From Antedon mediterranea (taxonomy: Eukaryota; Animalia; Echinodermata), in assembly GCF_964355755.1 (NCBI RefSeq), contig NC_092676.1, positions 19,796,871-19,860,870 on the forward strand: a DNA stretch of 64,000 bases, in the 5' to 3' direction. Below are positions 50,737 to 64,000 of this stretch, in pieces. The position numbers were made by a program, and so were the translations under genes. The notes beneath the pieces were generated by a model. The model worked only from the letters and a program-made list of their open reading frames with translations. It made no database searches and was not told where the DNA came from. How positions within the stretch are numbered: the first letter of the stretch is position 1; every line of letters starts with the position of its first letter.

Positions 50737-52908
50737 AAATTTATTTGAACTTAAGGTTGATTTGTTTACACTTTTTTTGAATTGTAAAACATTTCATTTG
50801 TTCTTGATTGAATTTTGCCTAGGCCTGGCCCCTGCCCTACCGAGGCCTAGTAGTAGGTAAGCAAGCTCTAGTGTATTATGATGTAAAGCTAGACATTGGT
50901 TGCTATTTGGTAAAATATGGTGCCTAACACTGACAGTAATACAGTATGTGTGTTTTGGACCCATACATGCCAACAATTTAGACTTGTCTCCCGGCCTAAT
51001 TAATATTGTGGGCGTGCTCCCGTTTTTCTAAATTTGTCCGGGATTACAAAGATAACTAAATTTTTGTGTATGTTTAAAAAAAAAAATGTTTTCTGCCTTT
51101 TAATTTAACAAAAAGACTTACACACAAGCAAATTAACGATATTTAAGCCATTGTACGACTATCTGCGTTTGCTATTTTTAAATTTATTTCTCAACGGAAG
51201 GGGGGTTCCCCTCACATAGCCACCATGCGATACCACTGTATTCCTTTCCGCTCAATAACAGATAGAGGGTGCTGTTGACCTTAAAAAAAAACACCACCTC
51301 CCATTTTTTTAACTGCAGATGTTGGCATGTATTGTATGTGGACCCTCTGAACATTTTGAAATAAAACAAGGATTTTTTTTGGAATTATAAATTGCGCAGA
51401 AAAAATTCATAAATTAAAAATTGTATATGAAAAAAAAAGGTATGTCATGCATTTAATTGGTATGCATGATTTAAGCTCTGTTCTTCCAAAGATGTAGTTC
51501 GAGCGCCACAGTGACACTACCCCCTTACCTCCCCATCCCCACCCGTCTTATTTGTAATTTCTAGCCGAAATTTCCCCCTCTCCTTCTCCCCTTGGATGTA
51601 AAAAAAGGGCCAACTGTTTTCCTATTTATTTAGAGCCTATGGCCTTTTTATAGTGGGTATGACCACAAATTTCCTCTATGTTTTTTGTTACCAACATCAA
51701 GAGAACCAAAATATTCTATTAATTTGTTTTAAACTGTACCAAAGCGTAGAGTACTGCCATGAGTATTTTAATTTAATAAGTGTTGATGCTCAGTATGCTC
51801 CCATTAGGAATGTACACTGTTGAGCATTTTGTCTGAATGAAAACGCTGTTGTTTTAATTACAATATTTGATGATTAGAGTGTGACATGGTAGCAATATGA
51901 TTATTAGCATTGCTACTGCACAGCTTCATTGTGTTGTTGATGACTCATCAGTGCATGCGATTCTACATGAACTGCCAATTTAAACTGATTTATTTACACA
52001 GGATAAGATTGTTGTGACTGTTGATCCAGACTATACATTGTATGTTGTATATTCTATACACTTTATACCTGACAACTTTCACGCATAATGTGTGAGTCTC
52101 ACGCATGAGGGCCGATTTTTTTTATGCCTCACACAAACGTGGCTATTTCTCACGGATCCATAAAAATATTCAGGGAAAAAAAAGATTATTTTGAGATTAA
52201 ATTGCCTATTTTAGAGGAAAAATACTGCACCTTATTTAATTTGAGTTGTATTGAAGTACTGTACTGTTGTCCAGGAAAGCTGTAAAAATAGAGGGTGTAT
52301 TTCACGTTTATTTTGGGTTACAACAACATATAGGGTGCTATATACAGTACAATGTTTCGCGCATTGACCACTGAAACAGTTGCCAAGTACAGTATACACT
52401 ATATTGTGTACAGTATAATAATATGCAAATTGTCCTAGATTAAATTGTAATAAACTACAGTAATAATCTATGAAGATAGCTGTTATCTATAAATGAATAG
52501 ATCTTGCATCTTGATTGAGATTATTGTAACTGCTTGGAATATGTTACAGTCAATAATTAAATAAAATACATTTGTTTGTTTAGCATGGTTAGTTGTTGCC
52601 ATGTGCATGGTTTTGTGTATAACTATCCCATTGTTGCACATCGGCTTCCATTTGACGCACCAACGATCACATGGGTTTTTTTTTCATAATATCAATAATA
52701 TATAGAAGAATTGATTTATAATATAATTTTTCGATGAAAATTTTGTATTAAACACTATTTTAGTGTATTAAGAATTTTGGGAGAAAAGGCCAAGCACAAA
52801 ATGTCTCAATTTTATTTAGGAGATTCCGAACACTACTCAATGTTGCAACCATGGTTCTGTGGTGGCCATATTTCTGCCATGTGCATATTAATTATTGGTT
52901 TTCTATGG

Positions 52909-52950
52909 GTAATACCATGAGGGAAATATGTATTTCCTCCATGGTAATAC
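52909..52950. mobile_element. 28-bp TIR-only remnant with a 7-bp target-site duplication (P/Galileo-like)
   Basis: GTAATAC|CATGAGGGAAATA TG TATTTCCTCCATG|GTAATAC. Confidence 0.65.
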
Positions 52951-54685
52951 TTTAAAGTAAATTGTATTATTAATGTTACAGAAACTGTTCATTTTGTAAA
53001 GGATGTTGGTTTTGGCACAATAAATTTCATTGATTAGTTGATGATTAAGTTATGACTGTACTATACTTATCATACCAGTGTTGGTTTGTAATTAAATTCT
53101 GAATAAAGATTTGACTGTTTTACTACTAGTAGTGAATTAATTATCAACATTTAAAGGATTATTTATTTATGTCTTATATCCATGGTGTAAACAATAATGC
53201 ACAAAATAGGATGAATTTAAATTATGTTGGTTTTCCTTAATTATTTTACTTGTGCTGTATATCTTCCGAAAGAATGTTTCGTCAGTAATTGTTTTTTGTT
53301 ATCTAATTTATATGATCTTTCTAAATGGAATTTTTTTTATAATATTTTTTTGTTTGGTAAATTTTTTTTAAATTTTTTTTTACAAAATTATTCTTAATTA
53401 TTTTGTATAATAGACCCAATATCTATATTTTATGTTGCGAGCATTGGGGTTAATTTAAATTTTATAAAATATTGAGGTGGCTATTTCTCACAGATTTCCT
53501 CATCTTTAAATCATTTTTAAATGAATTCATTTTTAGTACTACTACTAGTAGAGTAGTAGGTCTTTTCAGAATTATAAACATACATATTTTTTGTTAACAA
53601 GCAAGCCATTACGTAAACAAGACTGTTTGCTTCATTATGCTGTAAATTGTTTTGTACAACAGCTTTCACTGACAACTCTTGCGTGAAACTGCCTAGGACA
53701 CAGTCGAGGCCCAGGGCAAGGTCATGTTCACTTCCATTGCTTTGTTATCAATTGAATTTACTGTCAGCTAATTAATTAATGAGTTGCTTTACTAGTACTA
53801 ATTACCTTAAAAAATAAAGGGTGTGGCCGTATTAATTGTGCCTCTTAAAAAGTAATTTTAATAACAATTGGAATTTGAACAACTTTGAAGGTCGGTGATG
53901 ATGTAAATTATGAAGTATTTATTGTCTTCAAATTATAAGCATCGATGATTGGTTAAAAAAAATAATTAAAAACCACGTTCAAAATTTTATATCATTTTAT
54001 ACCAATTTCTCTTGCTGTAAATAATTTGAATAACAAACATTTTATTACTGTGTGAAAAAATGCAATAATACATATTTTATTGATGAAGATATTGTGAGTA
54101 TTATCCATATCTTTTATACTAATTGTGTCATGAATACTGACTAGACCTCTGTTGTTGAAATGTGTTTATACATTTCAATGTCTTCAAAATGTGTTTTAGA
54201 AGTAGGTAGGTAGACATGATGTATTTTATATATCATCATTTATATTTTACATTCAGATGAATTTAAACATGTACATTTTTTTAAATCACATGTGTTTTGT
54301 TTATTTTAATGTTGACATTTTCCTAAGATAAATGTCAAGAAATGAAGGTGTCCTTAACTCATTGTATTTACAGTAATTTATTTTTACTGTTTTATGTATG
54401 TACTGTAATTTTTTTAATGATCTGTGTATTTTAATGTGTTGTCAGTGCCAAAGGAAAGCAAATTTCCAAAAGTTATTAGACGAATAAATATATTTATTTA
54501 CTCCATCTATTTCTTCGTACTGAAAATAGATTTTAAGCTTGGATATCTTCATACTGCATGACGACCTTATTTGGTCTTTTTATTCTATTGATGTTATTTA
54601 TATTAATATAATCATACAATTCAATGTTTTTATTTTTCTTTTTCAGATAGTTATTTCATACTAATGAGCAAGCATCACTAAAAAC

Positions 54686-63760
<9,075 letters not shown>

Positions 63761-64000
63761 GTATTGCAATACTACATAGTTGTATGGCACCCATTGCAGA
63801 AGTCCCAACCAAAATGAAATATTGAGAGGCTTTATAAAAGCCTGATTATTCCACTAGATTGGTTCGTCCACAGGCTTATGGCAGCAACTTGTAGTATTTC
63901 CAACCATGATCAGTTCACCAGGAGAAAACCTTACCCTAACTTGAAATTTCTGAACTTTAAAATATAATGTGTATATGTTATTAAAGCTCTGTCTACACTA

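Noticed and set aside
51915-51956. Hammerhead-like GCA-CTGATGA...GAAGCT-G-TGCA on the minus strand (similar partial motifs at ~34663 and ~37889)
   Set aside because: No proper stem II, an incomplete GAAA and no UH cleavage triplet; at best decayed relics.

Overview
AT-rich, intron-containing animal genomic DNA, probably from a marine invertebrate; the species cannot be determined from the sequence. Genes rebuilt by hand from GT-AG exons: (1) an SLC22/organic-cation-type MFS transporter (- strand, ~6.1-13.5 kb, first coding exon not found); (2) an intronless 424-aa orphan ORF (+, 29.0-30.3 kb); (3) two tandem, intact 7-exon pyridoxal kinase (PDXK) paralogues (- strand, 31.3-35.0 and 37.5-41.0 kb); (4) the 5' part of CKAP5/ch-TOG/XMAP215 (+, from 54.7 kb to the window end). 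The rest is dense in small mobile DNA: several MITE families, three TIR elements plus a satellite-carrying element between the divergent PDXK and CKAP5 promoters, SINEs, L2-like LINE tails and two ATC-derived minisatellites. Most notable: one PDXK copy keeps all ATP-binding and catalytic residues but has replaced every main pyridoxal-contacting residue, making it a candidate new-substrate kinase. The pair also shows a gene-conversion scar and a compensated splice-acceptor shift. Other highlights: a minimal Penelope-type hammerhead ribozyme and a tRNA-Asp(ATC)-carrying element, both inserted in (TA)n tracts; two 28-31 bp P/Galileo-like footprints with 7-bp target duplications; and a 4-kb TIR element carrying a higher-order satellite. 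All calls come from reading the sequence and from recalled family motifs; no searches were run.
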